In this document: piece after piece, positions 27,501 to 38,719 of the stretch
Layout of the letters: each line of letters begins with the position of its first letter
Numbering within the stretch: position 1 is the first letter of the stretch
Assembly (NCBI GenBank): GCA_040954595.2
Contig: CM082578.2
Location: forward strand, 3,702,831-3,766,830
DNA length: 64,000 bases
From: Balanoglossus misakiensis
Lineage: Eukaryota > Animalia > Hemichordata
Direction of reading: 5' to 3'
Notes under the pieces: model-generated
Database searches by the model: none
What the model saw: only the letters and a program-made list of their open reading frames with translations
Told to the model about the DNA's origin: nothing
Program-made: the position numbers and the translations under genes

Positions 27501-30500
27501 AAAAATGATGGGCAGAAGGTACACTACCCGCACACCAAATCTGAAGTAAATCTGACTTGTAGTTTCTGAGATCTGAGATTTGCATTTTTTCAGAAAATCC
27601 AATATGGCCGCCATGTCACGTGACTAATTAAAAATTCAAGAGTTCAATGCACGACTACCCATTGACCTTGACCACTGTAGCAAGTTTTAGAAGTGTACCT
27701 GCAGCGGTGTCTGAGATCTAGAGCGACAAAGAAATGACACAAGAAAAAAGAAAGAAAGACAGAATTAAAGCTGCAAGCAGCATTGTCCGGGCCCAAGCTC
27801 TATTATCTGATCTGATTATTAGATATGCACATAATTAATGAGTAGAAACATAATGCTGTGTTTTATCCCATGAAATATCAAGATTATATCTATGTTTAGT
27901 GCTGATATAGTGTTAAGTAGGTCAGAGGTCACCCACAGTTTGGGCAGAAAATTTTGACCCATAGTGGTCCATGTCCAACAAAAACCAGACCTCTAGCCCT
28001 TTTGGTTAGCTCGGAATCAGGTATGCACATAAATAATGAGTTATGCAGGCGTCACAGGTGACCCAAAACTTTGGCTTTTCATTATGGCCCCATACCTCCA
28101 AACGTCAAGGCTGTATCTGTTGTGGATGTCGAGATATGCAAAAGTAGGTCAAAGGTCACCCGAGGTCACCCAACATTTGGGCAAAATATTTTGACCCCAT
28201 ACTGATCCATGTCCAGAAAAAAACAAACCTCTAGGTCATTTGGTTCATCTGTAATTAGGTATGCGCATATTTAATGAGGTCAGCAGAGGTCAAAGGGGTC
28301 ATGAAAAGTAGCAAAAATTTTTGATCACATACAAAACCACATACATCAAAAACCAAACTTATAGCCCTATTGGTTAGCCTGGAATTAGATATGCAGAAAA
28401 ATGATGCGTCAAAAGTAGGTCAAAGGTCATTGCCAAAATTACCAAAATATTTATAGCTTATTCTTGTCATATGATGATTCATATCCATAAAAAGAATTTC
28501 TGTGCTATCAATTTTTAGGCTAGAAACAGAATTTTTACTTTTTAATCGTTTTTCACAAAATCCAATATGGCCGCCATAATCTTCGACCAATCACATTCCT
28601 CTTTGCAAACTTGATAGACATCTGTTGAATGACCACACACACAAAATCTTGTGACTCGGTTATCGCCGGTTCTCGAGAAGAAGATTTTTGAAATTTTACT
28701 AGGGTTTTTCGAAAATCCAATATGGCCGCCATAATCTTCGACCAATCACAATGATCTTCGCAAACTTGATAGACATCCGTTAGGTGACCACATACCCCAA
28801 ACCCCGTGTCTCGGTTATCACCGGTTCTGGAGAAGAAGATTTTTGAAATTTAAGCCAGATTTCAGAAAAAAAATTGTAGCAAAAAAACTGCAACATTGAC
28901 AGCATAATTTCCAATTACAAAAATGTTTGACAGAAGGTAGTCTACCTGCACGCCAAATTTGAAGTCGATCTGACTTGTAGTTTCTGAGATCTGAGATTTG
29001 CATTTTTTCAGAAAATCCAAGATGGCCGCCAGGTCATGTGACTAATTAAAAATTCATGGGTTCAATGCACGACTACTCATTGACCTTGACCACTGTAGCA
29101 AGTTTGAGAACTGTACCTGCAGTGGTGTCTGAGATCTAGAGCGACAAAGAATTGACAGAAGAATAAAGAAAGAAGAAAGAAAGAAGGAAAGACAGAATTA
29201 AAGCTGCAAGCAGCATTGTCCGGGCCCAAGCTTTATTATCTGATCTGATTATTAGATATGCACATAATTAATGAGTAGAAACATAATGCTGTGTTTTAGC
29301 AAATGAAATATCAAGGTTATATCTATGTTTGGTGCTGATATAGTGTTAAGTAGGTCAAAGGTCATCCAGAGGTCAGCCACAATTTGGGCAGAAAATTTTG
29401 ACCCATAGTGGTCCATGTCCATCAAAAACCAGACCTCTAGCCCTTTTGGTTAGCCCGGAATTAGGTATGCACATAAATAATGCGTAAAGCAGGTGTCACA
29501 GGTGAGCCAAAACTTTGGCTTTTCATTATGGCCCCATACCTCCAAATGCCCAGACTGTACCTGCTTTGGATGTCGAGATATGCAAAAATAGGTCAAAGGT
29601 CATCTGAGGTCACCCAAAATTTGGGCAGAAAATTTTGACCCAAAGTAGTCCATGTCCAACAAAAACCAGACCTCTAGCCCTTTTGGTTAGCCCGGAATTA
29701 GGTATGCACATAAATAATGAGTTAAGCAGGTGTCACAGGTGACCCAAAACTTTGGCTTTTCATTATGGCCCCATACCTCCAAACGCCAAGGCTGTATCTG
29801 CTGTGGATGTCGAGATATGCAAAAGTAGGTCAAAGGTCACCCGAGGTCATCCAACATTTGGGCAAAATATTTTGACCCCATACTGATCCATGTCCAGAAA
29901 AAAACAAACCTCTAGGTCATTTGGTTCATCTGTAATTAGGTATGCGCATATTTAATGAGGTCAGCAGAGGTCAAAGGGGTCATGAAAAGTAGCAAAAATT
30001 TTTGATCACATACAAAACCACATACATCAAAAACCAAACTTATAGCCCTATTGGTTAGCCTGGAATTAGATATGCAGAAAAATGATGCGTCAAAAGTAGG
30101 TCAAAGGTCATTGCCAAAATTACCAAAATATTTATAGCTTATTCTTGTCATATGATGATTCATATCCATAAAAAGAATTTCTGTGCTATCAATTTTTAGG
30201 CTAGAAACAGAATTTTTACTTTTTAATCGTTGTTCACAAAATCCAATATGGCCGCCAAAATCTTCGACCAATCACAATGATCTTCGCAAACTTGATAGAC
30301 ATCTGTTTAATGACCACACACACCAAATCTTGTGACTCGGTTATCGCCGGTTCTTGAGAAGAAGATTTTTGAAATTTTACTAGGTTTTTTCGAAAATCCA
30401 ATATGGCCGCCATAATCTTCGACCAATCACAATGATCTTCGCAAACTTGATAGACCTCAGTTTGGTGACCACATACCCCAAACCGCGTGACTCGGTTATC

Positions 30501-30868
30501 GCCGGTTCTGGAGAAGAAGATTTTTGAAATTTTGACCAGATTTCAGAAAAACAACTGTAGCAAAAAAACTGCAACATTGACAGCAAAATATCCAATTACA
30601 AAAATGATGGGTAGAAGGTAGACTACCTGCACACCAAGTTTGAAGTCGATCTGACTTGTAGTTTCTGAGATCTGAGATTTGCATTTTTTCAGAAAATCTA
30701 ATATGGCCGCCAGGTCACGTGACTAATTAAAAATTCAAGGGTTCAATGCACATCTACTCATTGACCTTGACCACTGTAGCAAGTTTCAGAAGTGTACCTG
30801 CAGTGGTGTCTGAGATCTAGAGCGACAAAGAATTGACACAAGAATAAAGAAAGAAGAAAGAAAGAAAG

Positions 30869-31271
30869 AAAAACCCCAACGAAACCAATAGGGCCCAAGC
30901 GCTGGCTTGCGCTTGGGCCCTAAAAACCCCAACGAAACCAATAGGGCCCAAGCGCTGGTATGCGCTTGGGCCCTAAAAACCCCAACGAAACCAATAGGGC
31001 CCAAGCGCTGGTATGCGCTTGGGCCCTAAAAAACCCCAACGAAACCAATAGGGCCCAAGCGCTGGTATGCGCTTGGGCCCTAAAAAACCCCAACGAAACC
31101 AATAGGGCCCAAGCGCTGGCTTGCGCTTGGGCCCTAATAAAGAAAAATTCCAACAATACCAATGGGGGCACAAGCCGCCTGAGGGCGCTTGTGCCCCCAA
31201 AAATTCCAACAATAACAATGGGGGCAAAAGCCGCCTGAGGGCGCTTGTGCCCCCAAAAATTCCAACAATAA
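30869..31271 (-). repeat. Stack of 5 GGGCCC-type, 2 GGGCAC-type and 1 split HINE 5' cassettes
   Basis: Five ~53-bp cassettes, then two aaattccaacaataMcaatgggggcaMaagccgcctgagggcgcttgtgccccc cassettes, then the half cassette aaaaattccaacaata. Confidence 0.9.
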
Positions 31272-34200
31272 TTAAAGCTGCAAGCAGCATTGTCCGGGCC
31301 CAAGCTCTATTATCTGATCTGATTATTAGATATGCACATAATTAATGAGTAGAAACATAATGCTGTGTTTTATCCCATGAAATATCAAGGTTATATCTAT
31401 GTTTGGTGTTGATATAGTGTTAAGCAGGTCAAACGTCACCCAGAGGTCACCCACAATTTGGGCAGAAAATTTTGACCCATAGTGGTCCATGTCCAACAAA
31501 AACCAAAACTCTAGCTCTATTGGTTTGCCTGTAATTAGGTATGTGCATATTTAATGAGGTCAGCAGGTGTCACTGGTGACCCAAAAATTTGGCTTTTCAT
31601 TATGGCCCCATACCTCAAAACGCCAAGGCTGTATCTGCTTTGGATACCGAGAAATGCGAAAGTAGGTCAAAGGTCACCTGAGGTCACCCAAAATTTGGGC
31701 AAATTATTTTGACCCCATACTGATCAATGTCCAAAAAAGACCAAACCTCTAGGTCTATTGGTTCATCTGTAATTAGGTATGCGCATATTTAATGAGGTCA
31801 GCAGAGGTCAAAGGGGTCATGAAAAGTAGCAAAATTTTTTGATCACATACAAATCCACATACATCAAAAACCAAACTTATAGCCCTATTGGTTAGCCTGG
31901 AATTAAATATGCAGAAAATTGATGCGTCAAAAGTAGGTCAAAGGTCATTGCCAAAATTACCAAAATATTTATAGCTTATTCTTGTTATATGATGATTCAT
32001 ATCCATTAAAAGAATTTCTGTGCTATAAATTTTTAGGCTAGAAAGGGAATTTTTACTTTTTAATCGTTTTTCACAAAATCCAATATGGCCGCCATAATCT
32101 TCGACCAATCACATTCCTCTTTGTAAACTTGATAGACATCTGTTGAATGACCACACACACAAAATCTTGTGATTCAGTTATCGACGGTTCTCGAGAAGAA
32201 GATTTTTGAAATTTTACTAAGGTTTTTCGAAAATCCAATATGGCCGCCATAATCTTCGACCAATCACAATGATCTTCGCAAACTTGATAGACATCAGTTA
32301 GGTGACCACATACCCCAAACCCCGTGTCTCGGTTATCACCGGTTCTGGAGAAGAAGATTTTTGAAATTTAAGCCAGATTTCAGAAAAAAAATTGTAGCAA
32401 AAAAACTGCAACATTGACAGCATAATTTCCAATTACAAAAATGTTTGACAGAAGGTGGTCTACCTGCACGCCAAATTTGAAGTCAATCTGACTTGTAGTT
32501 TCTGAGATCTGAGATTTGCATTTTTTCAGAAAATCCAAGATGGCCGCCAGGTCATGTGACTAATTAAAAATTCATGGGGTCAATGCACGACTACTCATTG
32601 ACCTTGACCACTGTAGCAAGTTTGAGAACTGTACCTGCAGTGGTGTCTGAGATCTAGAGCGACAAAGAAATGACACAAGAATAAAGAAAGAAAGAAAGAA
32701 AGAATTAAAGCTGCAAGCAGCATTGTCGGGCCCAAGCGCTGATCTCGAATTATATATGCACAGTATGAATGAGAAGAAACAGAATTTTCTATCTGGTGTA
32801 TTATCTCATGACATAACAAGGACGTGTGTATTTTTGCTGCTGAAATAGGGTGAAGTAGGTCAAAGGTCACCTGAGGTCACCCAACATTTGGGCAAAATTT
32901 CTTGACCCATACTGGTCCATGTCCAACAAAAACCAAAACTCTAGCTCTATTTGTTCGCCTGTAATTAGGTATGTGCATGTTTAATGAGGTCAGCAGGTGT
33001 CACAGGTGACCCAAAAATGTGGCTTTACATTTTGGTCCCATCCTGCAAAATGCCATGGCTGTATCTGCTCTGGATGCTGAGATATGCGAAAGTAGGTCAA
33101 AGGTCACCCAAAATTTGGGCAACAAATTTTGACCCCATATTGGTCCATGTCCAACAAAAACCAAACCTCTAGCTCTATTGGTTCGCCTGTAATTAGCTAT
33201 GCACATAAATAATGAGGTCAGCAGAGGTCAGAGGGGTCATGAAAAGTAGCAAAATATTTTGATCACACACAAATCCACATGCATCAAAAACCAAATGTCT
33301 AGCCCTATAGGTTAGCCTGGAAATAGATATGCAGAAATAATAATGTGTGAAAAGTAGGTCAAAGGTCATGTGAAAAATCGACAAAAATTTGTAACATATT
33401 TTAGTCACATGACGATTGATATCCATAAAAAGAATTTCTATGCTATCAATTTTTAGACTAGAAAAAGAAATTTCAATTTTTCACTGCTTTTTACAAAATC
33501 CAATATGGCCGCCATATTTTTCGACCAATCACAATGCTCTTTGCAAACTTGATAGACATCAGTGTAGTGACCATACTCCCCGAATCTTGCGACTCAGTTA
33601 TTGCCCGTTCTGGAGAAAAAGATTTTTGCAGTTTTACTATGGTTTTTCGAAAATCCAATATGGCCGCCATAATCTTCGACCAATCACAATGCTTCTTATC
33701 AAACTTGATAAACATCAGTTAGGTGACCACATACCCCAAATCCCGTGACTCGGTTATCGCCGGTTCTTGAGAAGAAGATTTTTGAAGTTTTAGTTAGATT
33801 TTTTGGAAATCCAATATGGCGGCCAAAGTCACGTGACCGCTCGAGATTTTATTATCAAACTTTGTAGGGCAGAGGCCATGTGTACTATGTACCAAATTTG
33901 AACTTGATTTGCCTTGTAGTTTTTGAGAAGAAGCCATTTACATTTTTTCAGAAAATCCAATATGGCCGCCAGGTCACGTGACTAATTAAGTATTCACAAG
34001 TCACTGCACATCTACTCATTGACCTTGACCACTGTAGCAAGTTTGAGCAGTGTACCTGCAGTAGTTTCAGAGATTTAGTTGGCCGAAGAAATGACACAAG
34101 AATAAAGAAAGAATTAAAGCTGCAAGCAGCATTGTCCGGGCCCAAGCTCTATTATCTGATCTGATTATTAAATATGCACATAATTAATGAGTAGAAACAT

Positions 34201-37200
34201 AATGCTGTGTTTTATCCCATGAAATATCATGGTTATATCTATGTTTAGTGCTGATAAAGTGTTAAGTAGGTCAAAGGTCACCCAGAGGTCACCCATAATT
34301 TGGGCAGAAAATTTTGACCCATAGTGGTCCATGTCCAACAAAAACCAGACCTATAGCACTTTTGGTTAGCCCGGAATTAAGTATGCACATAAATAATGAG
34401 TTAAGCAGGTGTCACAGGTGACCCACAACTTTGGCTTTTCATTATGGCCCCATACCTCCAAACGCCAAGGCTGTATCTGCTGTGGATGCTGATATTTGCA
34501 AAAGTAGGTCAAAGGTCACCAGAGGTCACCCAACATTTGGGTAAAAATTTTTGACCCCATACTAGTCCTGTCCAACAAAAACAAAACCTCTAGGTCTATT
34601 GGTTCGCCTGTAATTAGCTATGCACATAATTAATGAGGTCAGCAGGGGTCAAAGGGGTCGTGAAAAGTAGCAAAAAATTTTGATCACACACTTATCCACA
34701 TACATCAAAAACCAAACTTATAGCCCTATTGGTTAGCCTGGAATTAGATATGCAGAAAAATGATGCGTCAAAAGTAGGTCAAAGGTCATTGCCAAAATTA
34801 CCAAAATATTTATAGCATATTGTAGTCATATGATGATCCATATCCATAAAAAGAATTTCTGTGCTATCAATTTTTAGGCTAGAAAGGGAATTTTTACTTT
34901 TTAATCGTTTTTCACAAAATCCAATATGGCCGCCATAATCTTCGACCAATCACATTCACCTTCGCAAACTTGATAGACATCTGGTGAATGACCACACACA
35001 CAAAATCTTGTGACTCGGTTATCACCGGTTCTCGAGAAGAAGATTTTTGAAATTTTACTAGGGTTTTTCGAAAATCCAATATGGCCGCCATAATCTTCGA
35101 CCAATCACAATGATCTTCGCAAACTTGATAGACATTAGTTAGGTGACCACATACCCCAAACCTCGTGTCTCGGTTATCACCGGTTCTAGAGAAGAAGATT
35201 TTTGAAATTTAAGCCAGATTTCAGAAAAAAAATTGTAGCAAAAAAACTGCAACATTGACAGCATAATTTCCAATTACAAAAATGTTTGACAGAAGGTAGT
35301 CTACCTGCACGCCAAATTTGAAGTCGATCTGACTTGTAGATTCTGAGATCTGAGATTTGCATTTTTTCAGAAAATCCAAGATGGCCGCCAGGTCATGTGA
35401 CTAATTAAAAATTCATGGGTTCAATGCACGACTACTCATTGACCTTGACCACTGTAGCAAGTTTGAGAACTGTACCTGCAGTGGTGTCTGAGATCTAGAG
35501 CGACAAAGAAATGACAGAAGAATAAAGAAAGATTAAAGCTGCAAGCAGCATTGTCCGGGCCCAAGCTCTATTATCTGATCTGATTATTAGATATGGACAT
35601 AAGTAATGAGTAGAAACATAATGCTGTGTTTTATCCCATGAAATATCAAGGTTATATCTATGTTTGGTGCTGATATAGTGTTAAGTAGGTCAGAGGTCAC
35701 CCAGAGGTCACCCACAGTTTGGGCAGAAAATTTTGACCCATAGTGGTCCATGTCCGACAAAAACCAGACCTCTAGCCCTTTTGGTTAGCCCGGAATTAGG
35801 TATGCACATAAATAATGAGTTAAGCAGGTGTCACAGGTGACCCAAAACTTTGGCTTTTCATTATGGCCCCATACCTCCAAACACCAAGGCTGTATCTGCT
35901 GTGGATGTCGAGATATGCAAAAGTAGGTCAAAGGTCACCCGAGGTCACCCAACATTTGGGAAAATTTTTTGACCCAATACTGGTCCATGTCCAACAGAAA
36001 CCAAGCCTCTAGGTCTATTGGTTCATCTGTAATTAGGTATGCACATATTTAATGAGGTCAGCAGAGGTCAAAGGGGTCATGAAAAGTACCAAAATTTTTT
36101 GATCACATACAAATCCACATACATCAAAAACCAAACTTATAGCCCTATTGGTTAGCCTGGAATTAGATATGCAGAAAATTGATGCGTCAAAAGTAGGTCA
36201 AAGGTCATTGCCAAAATTACCAAAATATTTATAGCTTATTCTTGTTATATGATGATTCATATCCATAAAAAAAATTTCTGTGCTATTGATTTTTAGGCTA
36301 GAAAGGGAATTTTTACTTTTTAATCGTTTTTCACAAAATCCAATATGGCCGCCATAATCTTCGACCAATCACATTCCTCTTCGCAAACTTGATAGACATC
36401 TGTTGAATGACCACACACACAAAATCTTGTGACTCGGTTATCGCCGGTTCTCGAGAAGAAGATTTTTGAAATTTTACTAGGGTTTTTCGAAAATCCAATA
36501 TGGCCGCCATAATCTTCGACCAATCACAATGATCTTCGCAAACTTGATAGACATCAGTTAGGTGACCACATACCCCAAACCCCATGTCTCGGTTATCACC
36601 GGTTCTGGAGAAGAAGATTTTTGAAATTTAAGCCAGATTTCAGAAAAAAAATTGTAGCAAAAAAACTGCAACATTGACAGCATAATTTCCATTACAAAAA
36701 TATTTGACAGAAGGTAGTCTACCTGCACGCCAAATTTGAAGTCGATCTGACTTGTAGTTTCTGAGATCTGAGATTTGCATTTTTTCAGAAAATCCAAGAT
36801 GGCCGCCAGGTCATGTGACTAATTAAAAATTCATGGGTTCAATGCACGACTACTCATTGACCTTGACCACTGTAGCAAGTTTGAGAACTGTACCTGCAGT
36901 GGTGTCTGAGATCTAGAGCGACAAAGAAATGACAGAAGAATAAAGAAAGAAAGAAAGAATTAAAGCTGCAAGCAGCATTGTCCGGGCCCAAGCTCTATTA
37001 TCTGATCTGATTATTAGATATGCACATAATTAATGAGTAGAAACAAAATGCTGTGTTTTATCCCATGAAATATCAAGGTTATATCTATGTTTAGTGCTGA
37101 TATAGTGTTAAGTAGGTCAAAGGTCACCCAGAGGTCACCCACAATTTGGGCAGAAAATTTTGACCCATAGTGGTCCATGTCCAACAAAAACCAGACCTCT

Positions 37201-38391
37201 AGCCCTTTTGGTTAGCCCGGAATTAGGTATGCACATAAATAATGAGTTAAGCAGGTGTCACAGGTGACCCAAAACTTTGGCTTTTCATTATGGCCCCATA
37301 CCTCCAAACGCCAAGGCTGTATCTGGTGTGGATGTCGAGATATGCAAAAGTAGGTCAAAGGTCACCCGAGGTCACCCAACATTTGGGCAAAATATTTTGA
37401 CCCCATACTGGTCCATGTATAACAAAAACAAAACCTCTAGGTCTATTGGTTCATCATTAATTAGGTATGCGCATATTTAATGAGGTCAGCAGAGGTCAAA
37501 GGGGTCATGAAAAGTAGCAAAATTTTTTGATCACATACAAATCCACATACATCAAAAACCAAACTTATAGCCCTATTGGTTAGCCTGGAATTAGATATGC
37601 AGAAAAATGATTTGTCAAAAGTAGGTCAAAGGTCATTGCCAAAATTTCCAAAATATTTATAGCTTATTCTTGTCAAATGATGATTCATATCCATAAAAAG
37701 AATTTCTGTGCTATCAATTTTTAGGCTAGAAAAGGAATTTTTACTTTTTAATCGTTTTTCACAAAATCCAATATGGCCGCCATAATCTTTGACCAATCAC
37801 ATTCCCCTTCGCAAACTTGATAGACATCTGTTTAATGACCACACACACCAAATCATGTGACTCGGTTATCGCCGGTTCTTGAGAAGAAGATTTTTGAAAT
37901 TTTACTAGGGTTTTTCGAAAAATCCAATATGGCCGCCAATATGTTCGACCAATCACAATGATCTTCGCAAACTTGATAGACATCAGTTAGGTGACCACAT
38001 ACACCAAACCCTGTGTCTCGGTTATCACTGGTTCTGGAGAAGAAGATTTTTGAAATTTAAGCCAGATTTCAGAAAAAAAATTGTAGCAAAAAACTGCAAC
38101 TTTGTCAGCATAATTTCCAATTACAAAAATAATGGACAGAGGGTAGTCTACCAGCATGCCAAATTTGAAGTCAATCTGACTTGTAGTTTCTGAGATCTGA
38201 GATTTGCATTTTTTCAGAAAATCCAAGATGGCCGCCAGGTCACGTGACTAATTTAAAATTCAAGGGTTCAATGCACGACTACTCATTGACCTTGACCACT
38301 GTAGCAAGTTTCAGAAGTGTACCTGCAGCGGTGTCTGAGATCTCGTGGGTCAAAGAATTGACACAAGAATAAAGAAAGAAAGAAAGAAAGT

Positions 38392-38714
38392 AAAATTCCA
38401 ACGAAACCAATACGGGCCCAAGCCTGGCTTGGCTTGGGCCCGTAAAAACCCCAACGAAACCAATAGGGCCCAAGCGCTGGTATGCGCTTGGGCCCTAAAG
38501 AAAGAAAGACAGAAAAACCCCAACGAAACCAATAGGGCCCAAGCGCTGGTATGCGCTTGGGCCCTAAAAATTCCAACGAAACCAATAGGGCCCAAGCGCT
38601 TGTGCGCGCTTGGGCCCTAAAAACCCCAACGAAACCAATAGGGCCCAAGCGCTGGTATGCGCTTGGGCCCTAACAATGGGGGCACAAGCCGCCTGAGGGC
38701 GCTTGTGCCCCCAA
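38392..38714 (-). repeat. Stack of 5 HINE 5' cassettes plus the other half of the split cassette
   Basis: Five cassettes followed by acaatgggggcacaagccgcctgagggcgcttgtgccccc. Confidence 0.9.
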
Positions 38715-38719
38715 AAATG

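Larger units (their letters stand above)
2180..38714 (-). mobile_element. Nested array of at least 24 non-autonomous Helentron/HINE (DINE-1-like) elements, about 36.5 kb
   Basis: Read on the minus strand, each element is T-AGGGCCCAAGC-loop-GCTTGGGCCCT (5' subterminal IR hairpin), a (CTTT)n microsatellite, internal ~155-bp and ~240-bp repeats, 3' subTIR GCTTGGGCCC, then the terminal hairpin GCTGC-TT-GCAGC-TTTAAT. Junctions sit in T-runs with no TSD. 3' termini (ttaaagctgcRagcagc on +) at about 4738, 6184, 7607, 9195, 10621, 12216, 13290, 14388, 15494, 16727, 17846, 19974, 21587, 23005, 24444, 25872, 27765, 29198, 31272, 32705, 34114, 35533, 36960. No Rep/helicase ORF. Left boundary is fuzzy. 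Confidence 0.85.

Noticed and set aside
30869-31271. CRISPR array (regularly spaced palindromic repeats)
   Set aside because: There are no unique spacers and no cas genes, the context is eukaryotic, and the units are transposon termini.
4100-38650. Recurrent 60-140 aa ORFs (MQISDLRNYK..., MAFHYGPIPP..., MDILLSMLQFF..., ...RAQAHTSAWALLV...) as a peptide gene family
   Set aside because: They recur only because the DNA is repeated, occur in overlapping frames on both strands, often start at non-ATG codons and are disrupted in many copies.
4738-38714. Tandem RNA-gene or histone cluster, or a simple rolling-circle concatemer
   Set aside because: No 5S, tRNA, snRNA or histone sequence is recognisable. 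A concatemer would keep one 5' cassette per unit and have near-identical units.
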